Assembly (NCBI RefSeq): GCF_003334355.1
Contig: NZ_QOWP01000006.1
Reading direction: 5' to 3' (one strand)
DNA length: 64,000 nt
From: Escherichia coli
GTDB lineage: Bacteria; Pseudomonadota; Gammaproteobacteria; Enterobacterales; Enterobacteriaceae
The translations under genes and the position numbers were made by a program. Within the stretch, counting starts at the first letter, position 1. Each line of letters starts with the position of its first letter. Shown here piece after piece: positions 16,265 through 32,540 of the stretch. The notes under the pieces were generated by a model that had not been told where the DNA came from, did not search any database, and worked only from the letters and a program-made list of their open reading frames with translations.

Positions 16265-16403
16265 TCTTCTCTTCCTCTTTATAATTTATATCGCACTTGA
16301 ATCCTTCAAGGTACGAACGCGCAGCAGTTATATCAGGCCAGCCATCCCCTTACAACACCCCTTAATAAGGGCAAGCCCGATCCGCCATCTAACTTAGCGA
16401 GAC

Positions 16404-16446
16404 AAAAAAAGGCTGGCAAGCCCGAATTAGCCTGCCAGCCCTGTTT
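16404..16446. terminator. rho-independent terminator after lon (hairpin flanked by A-run and T-run, potentially bidirectional)
   Basis: AAAAAAA-GGCTGGCAAGC-ccgaatta-GCCTGCCAGCC-ctgTTTTTAT. Confidence 0.7.
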
Positions 16447-16472
16447 TTATTAGTGCATTTTGCGCGAGGTCA

Positions 16473-18827
16473 CTATTTTGCAGTCACAACCTGCATGCCA
16501 GACGGTTCATTTTGCAGCGCCAGAGTCAGAACTTCCTCAATGCGCTTCACAGGATGAATGTCCAGATCGGCAATTACGTTGTCAGGAATCTCTTCCAGAT
16601 CGCGTTTATTTTCGAACGGAATTAACACTGTTTTAATCCCGCCGCGATGCGCTGCCAGGAGTTTTTCTTTCAAACCACCGATCGGCAGTACCTGACCACG
16701 CAGAGTGATCTCACCGGTCATTGCCACATCGGCACGAACCGGGTTACCGGTCAGGCAAGAAACCAGCGCGGTGCACATAGCAATACCGGCACTCGGACCA
16801 TCTTTCGGCGTCGCACCTTCCGGTACGTGGACGTGGATGTCGCGTTTTTCGTAAAAATCAGGGTTGATCCCCAGTTTTTCCGCACGCGCACGAACCACCG
16901 TTAACGCCGCCTGAATGGACTCCTGCATCACTTCGCCGAGCGAACCGGTATAGGTCAGTTTGCCTTTACCCGGAACACATGCGGTTTCAATGGTCAGCAA
17001 GTCACCGCCCACTTCCGTCCACGCCAGACCGGTTACCTGACCGACACGGTTTTCGTTATCCGCGCGACCATAGTCGAAACGCTGAACACCGAGATAGTCA
17101 TGCAGGTTATCGCCGTTAATTTCGATATGTTTTAATGACTTATCGAGCAGTAACTGCTTAACCGCTTTGCGACACAGTTTGGAGATTTCACGCTCCAGAC
17201 CACGCACGCCCGCCTCACGGGTGTAGTAACGAATAATGCCGATAATGGCGCTATCGTCGACGGTCAGCTCACCTTTTTTCAGTGCATTACGTTCAATCTG
17301 CTTCGGCAGCAGGTGACGTTTGGCGATGTTCAGTTTTTCATCTTCGGTATAACCGGAGAGGCGAATCACTTCCATACGATCCAGCAGCGGTGCCGGAATG
17401 TTCATGGAGTTCGACGTCGCGACAAACATCACGTCGCTGAGATCGTAATCCACTTCCAGGTAGTGGTCGCTGAACGCTACGTTCTGCTCTGGATCCAGCA
17501 CTTCAAGCAGTGCAGAGGCCGGATCGCCACGCATGTCAGAAGACATTTTGTCGATCTCATCGAGCAGGAACAGCGGGTTTTTCACGCCCACTTTCGCCAT
17601 TTTCTGGATCAGTTTACCCGGCATAGAACCGATGTAAGTACGGCGGTGACCACGGATTTCCGCTTCATCACGCACGCCGCCCAGCGCCATACGGACATAT
17701 TTACGCCCGGTGGCTTTGGCAATGGACTGACCAAGAGAGGTTTTACCTACCCCCGGCGGCCCTACCAGGCAGAGGATCGGTCCCTTGATTTTGTTGACAC
17801 GGCTTTGAACCGCAAGATACTCAAGGATTCGATCTTTCACGCGCTCCAGACCATAATGGTCGGTATCAAGGATTTCCTGCGCCTGACGCAGGTCTTTTTT
17901 GACCTTGCTACGCGCATTCCACGGCACCTGTACCATCCAGTCGATATAACCACGCACTACGGTCGCTTCTGCCGACATCGGAGACATCATTTTCAGCTTC
18001 TGCAACTCTGCTTCCGCTTTCTCTTTTGCTTCTTTCGGCATCTTCGCCGCGTCGATTTTGCGCTTCAGGGCTTCGTTTTCGTCCGGCGCGTCGTCCATTT
18101 CACCGAGTTCTTTCTGAATAGCTTTCATTTGCTCGTTCAGATAGTACTCACGCTGGGATTTCTCCATCTGCTTTTTAACGCGGTTGCGAATGCGTTTCTC
18201 AACCTGCAGCAGATCGATTTCCGATTCCATCATTGCCATCAGATATTCCAGACGTTCGTTAACGTCGGACATCTCCAGAACGGACTGTTTGTCAGCCAGT
18301 TTCAGCGGCATATGTGCAGCAATGGTATCCGCCAGACGCGCCGGATCGTCGATGCTATTCAACGACGTCAGCACTTCTGGTGGGATTTTTTTGTTCAGCT
18401 TGATGTAGCCTTCGAACTGGCTGATTGCAGTACGCACCAGCACTTCCTGTTCTCGCTCATCAATGGTCGGCGACTCCAGATACTCCGCCTTCGCAGAAAA
18501 GTGTTCGCCATTGTCAGAGAGCGCAGAAATACGCGCGCGCTGTAACCCCTCGACCAGCACTTTGACGGTGCCGTCAGGCAGCTTCAGCATCTGCAATATA
18601 GAGGCCACGGTCCCGACGGTGAAAAGATCGTTTACACCCGGCTCATCCGTTGAAGCTTCTTTCTGCGCGACCAGCATAATTTTTTTATCATGGTCCATCG
18701 CCGCTTCCAGACAACGGATAGATTTTTCCCGCCCGACAAATAAGGGGATGACCATGTGCGGATAAACCACCACATCGCGCAGCGGCAATACGGGGATTTC
18801 AATGCGTTCAGAACGCTCAGGATTCAT
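16473..18827 (-). CDS. lon: ATP-dependent Lon protease
   Basis: ORF track 16473..18872 trimmed to ATG 18827 (784 aa, [25 protein letters not shown]...); Walker [10 protein letters not shown]; protease motif DGPSAG. Confidence 0.97.
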   Translation of the reverse strand: MNPERSERIEIPVLPLRDVVVYPHMVIPLFVGREKSIRCLEAAMDHDKKIMLVAQKEASTDEPGVNDLFTVGTVASILQMLKLPDGTVKVLVEGLQRARISALSDNGEHFSAKAEYLESPTIDEREQEVLVRTAISQFEGYIKLNKKIPPEVLTSLNSIDDPARLADTIAAHMPLKLADKQSVLEMSDVNERLEYLMAMMESEIDLLQVEKRIRNRVKKQMEKSQREYYLNEQMKAIQKELGEMDDAPDENEALKRKIDAAKMPKEAKEKAEAELQKLKMMSPMSAEATVVRGYIDWMVQVPWNARSKVKKDLRQAQEILDTDHYGLERVKDRILEYLAVQSRVNKIKGPILCLVGPPGVGKTSLGQSIAKATGRKYVRMALGGVRDEAEIRGHRRTYIGSMPGKLIQKMAKVGVKNPLFLLDEIDKMSSDMRGDPASALLEVLDPEQNVAFSDHYLEVDYDLSDVMFVATSNSMNIPAPLLDRMEVIRLSGYTEDEKLNIAKRHLLPKQIERNALKKGELTVDDSAIIGIIRYYTREAGVRGLEREISKLCRKAVKQLLLDKSLKHIEINGDNLHDYLGVQRFDYGRADNENRVGQVTGLAWTEVGGDLLTIETACVPGKGKLTYTGSLGEVMQESIQAALTVVRARAEKLGINPDFYEKRDIHVHVPEGATPKDGPSAGIAMCTALVSCLTGNPVRADVAMTGEITLRGQVLPIGGLKEKLLAAHRGGIKTVLIPFENKRDLEEIPDNVIADLDIHPVKRIEEVLTLALQNEPSGMQVVTAK

Positions 18828-18910
18828 AGAGCTCTCTCTTAGTTTAATTTCCGCCAGGTAATCAGATGACACGACTGTGCTTCACGCCATCTATTAACAT
18901 GTACGTCAGT

Positions 18911-18938
18911 ATATGGGGATGTTTCCCCCACATTCAAC
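18911..18938 (-). promoter_or_regulatory. sigma32 heat-shock promoter of lon
   Basis: Minus strand GTTGAAT-13 nt-CCCCATAT matches sigma32 consensus CTTGAAA-N13/14-CCCCATnT; 85-110 bp upstream of lon ATG. Confidence 0.7.
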
Positions 18939-18949
18939 GCCGAGAATAG

Positions 18950-18985
18950 AGGAAAAATTAAAGGGGAGATAAAATCCCCCCTTTT
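18950..18985. terminator. clpX terminator (hairpin with U-tracts on both strands)
   Basis: Plus AAAGGGGAGATAAAATCCCCCCTTTTTGG; minus strand hairpin GGGGGGA-uuuua-UCUCCCC followed by UUUAAUUUUU. Confidence 0.7.
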
Positions 18986-19014
18986 TGGTTAACTAATTGT
19001 ATGGGAATGGTTAA

Positions 19015-20289
19015 TTATTCACCAGATGCCTGTTGCGCTTCCGGCTTGCCATAAATCAGCAACGGTTTGCTTTGACCATCAATTACCGACTCGTCGATAA
19101 CCACTTTTTCGACGTCTTCCATGGACGGCAGATCGTACATGGTATCGAGCAGTGCGGCTTCTACGATGGAACGCAGGCCACGGGCACCGGTTTTACGCGC
19201 CATCGCTTTCTTAGCGATAGCATCCAGCGCCTCGTCACGGAATTCCAGATCCACGCCTTCCAGATTAAACAGCGCCTGATACTGCTTGGTCAGGGCGTTT
19301 TTCGGCTCTTTGAGGATCTGAATCAGAGCTTCTTCGCTCAGTTCATTCAACGTTGCGACAACCGGCAGACGACCAATGAACTCAGGGATCAGACCAAACT
19401 TGATCAGATCTTCCGGTTCAACCTGCGCCAGCAGCTCGCCTTCGCTTGCTTTGTCGGACTTCGCTTTTACCGTCGCGCCAAAACCAATGCCGGAGCCGGT
19501 TTCTACACGATGGGAAATCACTTTATCCAGACCGGCAAACGCACCGCCACAAATAAACAGGATCTTAGAGGTATCAACCTGCAAGAATTCCTGCTGCGGA
19601 TGTTTACGCCCACCTTGCGGTGGAACAGCAGCTACCGTACCTTCGATCAGTTTCAACAGTGCCTGCTGTACGCCTTCACCGGAAACGTCTCGGGTAATGG
19701 ACGGGTTGTCTGACTTACGAGAAATCTTGTCGATTTCATCGATGTAGACAATACCACGCTGTGCTTTCTGGACATCGTAGTCGCATTTCTGCAACAGCTT
19801 CTGAATGATGTTTTCAACGTCTTCACCCACATAACCGGCTTCGGTCAGTGTAGTCGCGTCGGCCATGGTGAACGGAACATCCAGCAGGCGCGCCAGCGTT
19901 TCAGCCAGCAGCGTTTTACCGGAACCGGTCGGACCGATCAGCAGAATGTTACTTTTGCCCAACTCGACGCCATTGCTGGTATCGCCGTTGCGCAGACGTT
20001 TGTAATGGTTGTATACCGCGACCGCCAGCACTTTTTTCGCCTGTTCCTGGCCGATAACGTAATCGTCCAGGTGGTTGCGAATTTCATGCGGCGTCGGTAG
20101 CGCACTGCGTTCACGATGCGGTGCAACTTCTTTAATCTCTTCGCGAATGATGTCGTTACATAAATCAACACATTCGTCGCAGATATACACGGATGGACCG
20201 GCAATCAGCTTGCGCACTTCATGCTGGCTTTTGCCGCAAAAAGAGCAATACAGCAATTTGCCTGAGCCATCTTTGCGTTTATCTGTCAT
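19015..20289 (-). CDS. clpX: ATP-dependent Clp protease ATP-binding subunit ClpX
   Basis: 424 aa; zinc-binding CSFCGK...CDEC; Walker A GPTGSGKT. Confidence 0.98.
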
Positions 20290-20414
20290 GGGTCAAAACC
20301 TCTTCTTTGTTCTTTGTGCCGCACACGACGACGCAAATGCCATTCTCAGGCGCAAGCCGCTTACAGCGTTGTGCCGCCCTGGATAAGTATAGCGGCACAG
20401 TTGCGCCTCTGGCA

Positions 20415-21038
20415 TCAATTACGATGGGTCAGAATCGAATCGACCAGACCGTATTCCACCGCTTCAGGGGCGGAAAGGAAGCGATCGCGCTCGGTATCAC
20501 GTTCAATCTGTTCTAATGATTGACCCGTATGAAGCGCCATAAGTTCATTCATGCGCCCTTTAACTTTCAGAATTTCACGGGCATGAATTTCGATATCGGT
20601 CGCCTGGCCCTGGTAGCCGCCCAACGGTTGGTGAATCATCACGCGCGAATTCGGCAGGCAAAAACGTTTACCTTTTGCCCCTGCGGTCAGCAAGAAAGCG
20701 CCCATCGAGGCCGCCTGGCCCATACAGATGGTGCTGACATCAGGCTTGATAAACTGCATGGTGTCATAGATAGACATCCCGGCAGTGATCACCCCGCCTG
20801 GGGAGTTAATGTACAGATAGATATCTTTTTCTGGGTTTTCCGCTTCCAGGAACAGCATCTGCGCCACAATCAGGTTAGCCATGTGGTCTTCAACCTGGCC
20901 AGTCAGAAAAATGACGCGTTCCTTAAGTAGACGAGAATAGATATCAAAAGAGCGCTCACCGCGTGAGGTCTGTTCAATGACCATCGGCACCAGCGCCATA
21001 TGGGGTGCAAAGTTATCTCGTTCGCCGCTGTATGACAT
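20415..21038 (-). CDS. clpP: ATP-dependent Clp protease proteolytic subunit ClpP
   Basis: 207 aa, [38 protein letters not shown]... Confidence 0.98.
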   Translation of the reverse strand: MSYSGERDNFAPHMALVPMVIEQTSRGERSFDIYSRLLKERVIFLTGQVEDHMANLIVAQMLFLEAENPEKDIYLYINSPGGVITAGMSIYDTMQFIKPDVSTICMGQAASMGAFLLTAGAKGKRFCLPNSRVMIHQPLGGYQGQATDIEIHAREILKVKGRMNELMALHTGQSLEQIERDTERDRFLSAPEAVEYGLVDSILTHRN

Positions 21039-21116
21039 TTCCGTCTCCTGGATAAAATTGAAAAAACCTGCTGTACCGATTGTAACCTTATGGACGGATT
21101 ATCAGCTAGTCCCTGT

Positions 21117-21146
21117 GTTATGGGTACGGCATCACCATATTTCAAG
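21117..21146 (-). promoter_or_regulatory. sigma32-type promoter of clpP
   Basis: Minus strand CTTGAAA-tatggtgatgccgta-CCCATAAC; clpP is a known heat-shock gene. Confidence 0.6.
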
Positions 21147-21213
21147 CATAACAATCTTTTGTTGTTACGCTAACACCGAAAGAGGCTTTTCGCACGGTTC
21201 CATGCAAAATTCA

Positions 21214-21248
21214 TGACAAAAAAAAGCCCACCACCTGGCGGTGACGGG
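21214..21248 (-). terminator. tig rho-independent terminator
   Basis: Minus strand GCCCGUCACC-gcca-GGUGGUGGGC followed by UUUUUUUUG. Confidence 0.7.
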
Positions 21249-21283
21249 CCTTTGTGCGAATTTAGCGCGTTATGCTGCGTAAA

Positions 21284-22591
<1,308 letters not shown>

Positions 22592-22839
22592 TCAAAAAAT
22601 CACAGTGCTCGGTCAACTCTTACCCCGCAAGCACAGGTTGTTGGCTTCGCGGAACCGGGATGTTCTTATAATCAATCACATTCCCTGTTACCAGAATCAT
22701 CCCGAAAGCATTCAAATAGGACGCGGCATTATAGCGGCATCACTTTTATGAGTCGAGAACGGTTATTGCGCGCTGTCGCGTATTTTTTCACAATTCCCGG
22801 GCAATTTTCGTCTGAATGCTGGGCAAAAAGCGCAAAATC

Positions 22840-22871
22840 CAGACAAAACAAAACGGCCCGCAGGCCGTTTT
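22840..22871 (-). terminator. bolA rho-independent terminator
   Basis: Minus strand AAAACGGCC-tgcg-GGCCGTTTT followed by GTTTTGTCT. Confidence 0.7.
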
Positions 22872-22925
22872 TCATAAAATCTTTAGCAACATACTGGAAA
22901 AGCGCCGACAGTTGCAAATGCGTTT

Positions 22926-23243
22926 TTACGCGATGCTTCCTGCTCCACGACAGGGAGGAGAGGCAAAGACGGTGTCCTGCAACCCTTCCCACTCCTTAAT
23001 AGTGTAAGTATGCAGAGCCAGCGCATGAACGGTAGTAGAGAGTTCCTCCGCTAAAGTACTGTAAATCATTCGATGACGATTCAGAAAACGTTCACCCGTA
23101 AAACGATCGCTGACCAGCACAACTTTAAAATGGCTTTCAGAGCCGGCTGGGACATTGTGACGATAGCTTTCATCCACTACTTCGAGGAATACGGGTTGGA
23201 ACGCCGCCCTTAATTTTTCTTCTATCCGCTCACGTATCATCAT
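22926..23243 (-). CDS. bolA: stress/morphology regulator BolA
   Basis: ORF track 22926..23276 trimmed to ATG 23243 (105 aa, [29 protein letters not shown]...). Confidence 0.93.
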
Positions 23244-23289
23244 GAAATATCTCCTCCGACAACGCTGAGATGTCATCCATCCCTTTAAA

Positions 23290-23319
23290 TACTAGCCGCT
23301 TTTACCGTTTCCATTGCAG
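23290..23319 (-). promoter_or_regulatory. bolA P1 gearbox-type promoter
   Basis: Minus strand CTGCAA-N15-CGGCTAGTA resembles gearbox consensus CTGCAA...CGGCAAGT; 47-76 bp upstream of bolA ATG. Confidence 0.55.
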
Positions 23320-23547
23320 CTTAACAACAAATATTTAGGTTTCGTCCTGGTTTTTCCGTCAAGCGTATGAAGTTTACTGATTTAAAGATTGAAACACAGG
23401 CCTCGCATCAGTGTTTCTTTTACCAGGGGCGATTATTTCGTCAACATGATGAATTTACATGCCTTACCCACTTCCCCTCGCCGTTGGCAATGTTATGATG
23501 GCGGGAATTTTTACCAAACACGCTTAAGAGTCTCTGAGAGCCCGAAC

Positions 23548-24126
23548 ATGTTCAAAAAAATCCTCTTCCCGTTAGTTGCTCTGTTTATGCTTGCAGGATG
23601 CGCAAAACCGCCAACAACTATTGAAGTTTCCCCGACGATTACACTGCCACAGCAGGATCCAAGCCTGATGGGCATCACCGTAAGCATTAATGGTGCCGAT
23701 CAGCGTACCGATCAGGCGCTGGCAAAAGTCACCCGCGATAATCAAATCGTTACCCTGACCGCCTCCCGCGATCTGCGTTTCCTGCTGCAAGAAGTGCTGG
23801 AAAAACAGATGACCGCGCGTGGTTACATGGTTGGTCCGAATGGCCCGGTTAATCTGCAAATCATCGTTAGCCAACTGTATGCTGACGTGTCCCAGGGCAA
23901 CGTGCGCTACAACATCGCGACCAAAGCGGATATCGCCATCATCGCTACCGCGCAGAATGGCAACAAAATGACCAAAAACTATCGTGCCAGCTACAACGTT
24001 GAAGGTGCGTTCCAGGCCTCCAACAAAAATATCGCCGATGCGGTTAACAGTGTGCTGACCGATACCATCGCTGATATGTCTCAGGACACCAGCATCCACG
24101 AATTCATCAAGCAGAACGCGCGTTAA
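23548..24126 (+). CDS. yajG: lipoprotein YajG
   Basis: ORF track 23389..24126 trimmed to ATG 23548 (192 aa, MFKKILFPLVALFMLAGCAKPP, lipobox LAGC). Confidence 0.9.
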   Translation: MFKKILFPLVALFMLAGCAKPPTTIEVSPTITLPQQDPSLMGITVSINGADQRTDQALAKVTRDNQIVTLTASRDLRFLLQEVLEKQMTARGYMVGPNGPVNLQIIVSQLYADVSQGNVRYNIATKADIAIIATAQNGNKMTKNYRASYNVEGAFQASNKNIADAVNSVLTDTIADMSQDTSIHEFIKQNAR

Positions 24127-24169
24127 TTTCTGCCCTCTGGCCCGGTGCAAGCCGGGCCTGTAGACGCCC

Positions 24170-25645
24170 ATGTCCAGTCAATATTTACGTATTTTTCAAC
24201 AGCCGCGTTCAGCCATATTGCTGATCCTGGGTTTTGCTTCCGGGCTACCGCTCGCCCTGACATCCGGCACCTTACAGGCCTGGATGACGGTCGAGAATAT
24301 CGATCTCAAAACCATTGGTTTCTTCTCTCTGGTAGGCCAGGCTTACGTTTTTAAATTCCTCTGGTCACCGCTGATGGACCGCTACACGCCCCCATTTTTT
24401 GGGCGGCGGCGCGGTTGGCTGCTCGCCACGCAAATCCTGTTATTAGTCGCCATTGCGGCGATGGGTTTTCTCGAACCAGGCACCCAACTCCGCTGGATGG
24501 CGGCGCTGGCGGTGGTGATCGCTTTTTGCTCTGCCTCCCAGGATATTGTCTTCGATGCGTGGAAAACCGATGTGCTCCCGGCAGAAGAACGTGGTGCGGG
24601 CGCGGCAATCAGCGTTCTGGGTTACCGTTTAGGGATGCTGGTTTCCGGCGGCCTAGCCCTGTGGCTGGCAGATAAATGGCTGGGCTGGCAGGGCATGTAC
24701 TGGTTGATGGCGGCGCTGTTGATCCCCTGTATTATCGCGACGTTGCTTGCACCAGAACCAACCGACACCATTCCTGTGCCCAAAACGCTGGAACAAGCGG
24801 TTGTTGCACCTCTGCGAGATTTCTTTGGTCGCAATAATGCCTGGCTTATTTTGCTTCTTATCGTGCTGTATAAGCTGGGCGACGCATTCGCCATGAGCCT
24901 GACAACCACGTTTTTGATTCGCGGCGTCGGGTTTGATGCGGGTGAAGTAGGCGTGGTAAACAAAACGCTTGGCTTACTAGCAACCATTGTTGGCGCATTG
25001 TACGGTGGGATTTTGATGCAGCGCCTGTCACTGTTCCGGGCACTGCTGATTTTCGGCATTTTACAAGGTGCGTCTAACGCTGGTTACTGGCTGCTGTCGA
25101 TTACTGATAAGCATCTCTACAGCATGGGCGCAGCCGTCTTTTTCGAAAACCTCTGTGGCGGGATGGGTACATCAGCCTTTGTCGCGCTGTTAATGACGCT
25201 GTGTAATAAGTCATTTTCCGCTACTCAATTTGCCCTGCTCTCAGCGCTTTCCGCTGTAGGGCGAGTTTATGTCGGCCCCGTGGCGGGTTGGTTTGTTGAA
25301 GCACACGGCTGGTCGACATTCTATCTATTCTCCGTCGCCGCTGCCGTACCAGGGCTTATTTTGCTGCTGATTTGCCGCCAGACGCTTGAATATACACGAG
25401 TAAATGACAACTTTATCTCCCGTACCGCATATCCGGCAGGTTATGCCTTTGCCATGTGGACACTGGCGGCGGGCGTCAGCCTGTTGGCCGTGTGGTTACT
25501 GCTGTTGACGATGGACGCGCTGGATTTGACGCACTTCTCTTTCCTGCCTGCTCTGCTGGAAGTCGGGGTTTTAGTCGCCCTTTCTGGCGTCGTGCTTGGT
25601 GGTTTGCTGGATTATCTGGCGCTACGAAAAACGCATCTGACGTAA
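24170..25645 (+). CDS. ampG: muropeptide (anhydromuropeptide) permease AmpG, MFS family
   Basis: 491 aa, MSSQYLRIFQQPRSAILLILGFASGLPLAL...; polytopic membrane protein. Confidence 0.96.
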   Translation: MSSQYLRIFQQPRSAILLILGFASGLPLALTSGTLQAWMTVENIDLKTIGFFSLVGQAYVFKFLWSPLMDRYTPPFFGRRRGWLLATQILLLVAIAAMGFLEPGTQLRWMAALAVVIAFCSASQDIVFDAWKTDVLPAEERGAGAAISVLGYRLGMLVSGGLALWLADKWLGWQGMYWLMAALLIPCIIATLLAPEPTDTIPVPKTLEQAVVAPLRDFFGRNNAWLILLLIVLYKLGDAFAMSLTTTFLIRGVGFDAGEVGVVNKTLGLLATIVGALYGGILMQRLSLFRALLIFGILQGASNAGYWLLSITDKHLYSMGAAVFFENLCGGMGTSAFVALLMTLCNKSFSATQFALLSALSAVGRVYVGPVAGWFVEAHGWSTFYLFSVAAAVPGLILLLICRQTLEYTRVNDNFISRTAYPAGYAFAMWTLAAGVSLLAVWLLLLTMDALDLTHFSFLPALLEVGVLVALSGVVLGGLLDYLALRKTHLT

Positions 25646-26104
25646 TCTGTAAATATTATTTAGCTGTAGTAATCACTCGCCGTAATTATTACAGCTAAAT
25701 AAACATCAGCATCGCTTATTAATATTTGTTCTTTTGTGCGGCTTAGCGTTTGGAAATTATTGACGCCATTTATAAATTCTATTTTTCTTACACGATTCAG
25801 CTAATGAGTCTTTATTTTCTCATCACCCAGTTGTTACTCCAATGATAATTATTTGTTAAATAATTGTTTTATTTCGCATTGGTTATACCAATTGCCCGCC
25901 CAGACTCCTTCTGCACTCCCCTTTTGTTATAACGCCCTTTTGCAACAGCTTCTTAAAATTAACCTGATATGTTTTGCAACATATGCGACCTGACAGCCAA
26001 ATTCAAGTAACAGGAATTTAATCATGTTTACAGTAATGTAACCTTCCCGTAAAATGCCCACACACTTTAAACGCCACCAGATCCCGTGGAATTGAGGTCG
26101 TTAA
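25646..26104 (+). promoter_or_regulatory. AT-rich cyoABCDE promoter/regulatory region (includes ampG 3' hairpin at 25657-25701)
   Basis: 459-bp AT-rich spacer upstream of cyoA; 12-bp perfect inverted repeat TATTTAGCTGTA/TACAGCTAAATA just after ampG stop; individual regulator sites not resolved by eye. Confidence 0.5.
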
Positions 26105-27052
<948 letters not shown>

Positions 27053-27061
27053 AGGGGTTGA

Positions 27062-29998
<2,937 letters not shown>

Positions 29999-30009
29999 GA
30001 GCGGCGGTT

Positions 30010-30900
30010 ATGATGTTTAAGCAATACCTGCAAGTAACGAAACCAGGCATCATCTTTGGCAACCTGATCTCGGTGATTGGGGGATTCCTGCTGGCCTCAA
30101 AGGGCAGCATTGATTATCCCCTGTTTATCTACACGCTGGTTGGGGTGTCACTGGTTGTGGCGTCGGGTTGTGTGTTTAACAACTACATCGACAGGGATAT
30201 CGACAGAAAGATGGAAAGGACGAAGAATCGGGTGCTGGTTAAAGGCCTGATCTCTCCTGCTGTCTCGCTGGTGTACGCCACCTTGCTGGGTATTGCTGGC
30301 TTTATGCTGCTGTGGTTTGGCGCGAATCCGCTGGCCTGCTGGCTGGGGGTGATGGGCTTTGTGGTTTATGTCGGCGTCTATAGCCTGTACATGAAACGCC
30401 ACTCAGTCTACGGCACATTGATTGGTTCGCTCTCCGGCGCTGCGCCGCCGGTGATTGGCTACTGTGCAGTAACCGGCGAGTTCGATAGCGGCGCAGCGAT
30501 CCTGCTGGCTATCTTCAGCCTGTGGCAGATGCCTCACTCCTATGCCATCGCCATTTTCCGCTTTAAGGATTACCAGGCGGCAAACATTCCGGTATTGCCA
30601 GTGGTAAAAGGCATTTCGGTGGCGAAGAATCACATCACGCTGTATATCATCGCCTTTGCCGTTGCCACGCTGATGCTCTCTCTTGGCGGTTACGCTGGAT
30701 ATAAATATCTGGTGGTCGCCGCGGCGGTTAGCGTCTGGTGGTTAGGTATGGCTCTGCGCGGTTATAAAGTTGCTGATGACAGAATCTGGGCGCGCAAGCT
30801 GTTCGGCTTCTCTATCATCGCCATCACTGCCCTCTCGGTGATGATGTCCGTTGATTTTATGGTACCGGACTCGCATACGCTGCTGGCTGCTGTGTGGTAA
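30010..30900 (+). CDS. cyoE: heme O synthase (protoheme IX farnesyltransferase)
   Basis: ORF track 29965..30900 trimmed to ATG 30010 (296 aa, [18 protein letters not shown]...); UbiA-family motif NNYIDRDID. Confidence 0.95.
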
Positions 30901-30915
30901 CAAAACCTCTCAGTT

Positions 30916-30943
30916 AAAAAGGTGCTACGGCACCTTTTTTCTT
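30916..30943 (+). terminator. cyo operon rho-independent terminator
   Basis: AAAAAGGTGC-tacg-GCACCTTTTTTCTT immediately after cyoE stop. Confidence 0.85.
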
Positions 30944-31048
30944 AGCATTAGAAACATATCCCTCTCGAAATATTTACTAAAAAATCCGCATGTTTACCCC
31001 ATTCGTTTGCCGCTTTACACTAGTCGCGAATTTAAAACAGAGGTGGTA

Positions 31049-32413
31049 ATGAACGATTATAAAATGACGCCAGGTGAGCGGCGCGCGACCTGGGGTTTAG
31101 GAACCGTTTTCTCGTTGCGCATGCTGGGCATGTTTATGGTTCTGCCGGTTCTGACCACGTATGGCATGGCTCTGCAAGGTGCCAGCGAAGCATTAATCGG
31201 TATTGCCATTGGTATTTATGGTCTGACTCAGGCCGTTTTTCAGATTCCGTTTGGCCTGCTTTCCGACCGCATTGGTCGCAAACCATTAATTGTCGGTGGG
31301 CTGGCGGTGTTTGCCGCCGGTAGCGTTATCGCTGCGCTTTCTGACTCCATCTGGGGAATTATTCTGGGCCGGGCGCTACAAGGCTCCGGTGCGATTGCCG
31401 CTGCCGTTATGGCGCTGCTTTCCGATCTCACGCGCGAACAAAACCGTACCAAAGCAATGGCGTTTATCGGCGTGAGCTTTGGCATTACCTTTGCCATTGC
31501 GATGGTGCTTGGCCCGATCATCACTCACAAACTTGGGCTGCACGCGCTGTTCTGGATGATCGCTATTCTGGCAACGACCGGCATTGCGTTGACCATTTGG
31601 GTTGTGCCCAACAGTAGCACTCACGTACTTAATCGTGAGTCCGGAATGGTGAAAGGCAGTTTCAGTAAAGTGCTGGCGGAACCGCGGCTGCTGAAACTCA
31701 ACTTTGGCATTATGTGTCTGCATATTTTGCTGATGTCGACGTTTGTTGCCCTGCCCGGACAACTGGCTGATGCAGGGTTCCCGGCGGCTGAACACTGGAA
31801 GGTCTATCTGGCGACAATGCTAATCGCCTTTGGCTCGGTCGTGCCTTTCATTATCTACGCTGAAGTTAAGCGCAAAATGAAGCAAGTCTTTGTCTTCTGC
31901 GTCGGGTTGATCGTGGTTGCGGAAATTGTGTTGTGGAACGCGCAAACGCAGTTCTGGCAACTGGTGGTCGGCGTGCAGCTTTTCTTTGTGGCGTTTAATT
32001 TGATGGAAGCCCTCCTGCCCTCACTTATCAGTAAAGAGTCGCCAGCAGGTTACAAAGGTACGGCGATGGGTGTTTACTCCACCAGCCAGTTTCTTGGCGT
32101 GGCGATTGGCGGTTCGCTGGGCGGCTGGATTAACGGCATGTTTGACGGTCAGGGGGTATTTCTCGCTGGCGCAATGCTGGCCGCAGTGTGGCTGACAGTC
32201 GCCAGTACCATGAAAGAACCGCCGTATGTCAGCAGTTTGCGCATTGAAATCCCGGCGAACATTGCCGCAAACGAGGCGTTAAAAGTGCGTTTGCTAGAAA
32301 CTGAAGGCATCAAAGAAGTGTTGATTGCAGAAGAAGAACATTCAGCTTATGTGAAAATCGACAGCAAAGTGACGAATCGCTTTGAGATAGAACAGGCAAT
32401 TCGTCAGGCATAA
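31049..32413 (+). CDS. yajR: MFS transporter YajR
   Basis: ORF track 30851..32413 trimmed to ATG 31049 (454 aa, MNDYKMTPGERRATWGLG...); the cyoE terminator at 30916-30943 argues against the longer upstream start. Confidence 0.9.
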   Translation: MNDYKMTPGERRATWGLGTVFSLRMLGMFMVLPVLTTYGMALQGASEALIGIAIGIYGLTQAVFQIPFGLLSDRIGRKPLIVGGLAVFAAGSVIAALSDSIWGIILGRALQGSGAIAAAVMALLSDLTREQNRTKAMAFIGVSFGITFAIAMVLGPIITHKLGLHALFWMIAILATTGIALTIWVVPNSSTHVLNRESGMVKGSFSKVLAEPRLLKLNFGIMCLHILLMSTFVALPGQLADAGFPAAEHWKVYLATMLIAFGSVVPFIIYAEVKRKMKQVFVFCVGLIVVAEIVLWNAQTQFWQLVVGVQLFFVAFNLMEALLPSLISKESPAGYKGTAMGVYSTSQFLGVAIGGSLGGWINGMFDGQGVFLAGAMLAAVWLTVASTMKEPPYVSSLRIEIPANIAANEALKVRLLETEGIKEVLIAEEEHSAYVKIDSKVTNRFEIEQAIRQA

Positions 32414-32435
32414 AAAACGCGGCGAATTGCCTGCT

Positions 32436-32515
32436 GCGCTACGCTTATCAGGCCTACAAAGTTTCTGAATTACAAACCTTTGTAGGCCGAATCAGGCGTT
32501 CATGCCGCATCTGAC
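32436..32515. repeat. REP/BIME-like palindromic elements between convergent yajR and yajQ
   Basis: GCGCTACGCTTATCAGGCCTACAAAG ... CTTTGTAGGCCGAATCAGGCGTTCATGCCGCATCTGAC; inverted REP-type units. Confidence 0.6.
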
Positions 32516-32540
32516 ATGAACAAAACGCACATAGTCGCGA

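Noticed and set aside
20365-20400. Stem-loop GTGCCGC...GCGGCAC between clpP and clpX
   Set aside because: A clear hairpin but with no U-tract; clpP and clpX are co-transcribed, so I could not call it a terminator with confidence. It may be a partial terminator or processing structure.
30851-31048. Upstream extension of yajR (ORF track start 30851, 520 aa) and similar long-start versions of glnK, mdlB, decR, lon, bolA, yajG, cyoD, cyoE, yajQ, ribE, pgpA, yajI, tsx, sbcD, yajO, tesB, atl, cof and ybaE
   Set aside because: Extensions run through upstream terminators or promoters (for example the cyoE terminator at 30916-30943 lies inside the yajR extension) and use TTG/GTG or poorly placed starts; trimmed starts reproduce the known N-termini and protein lengths.
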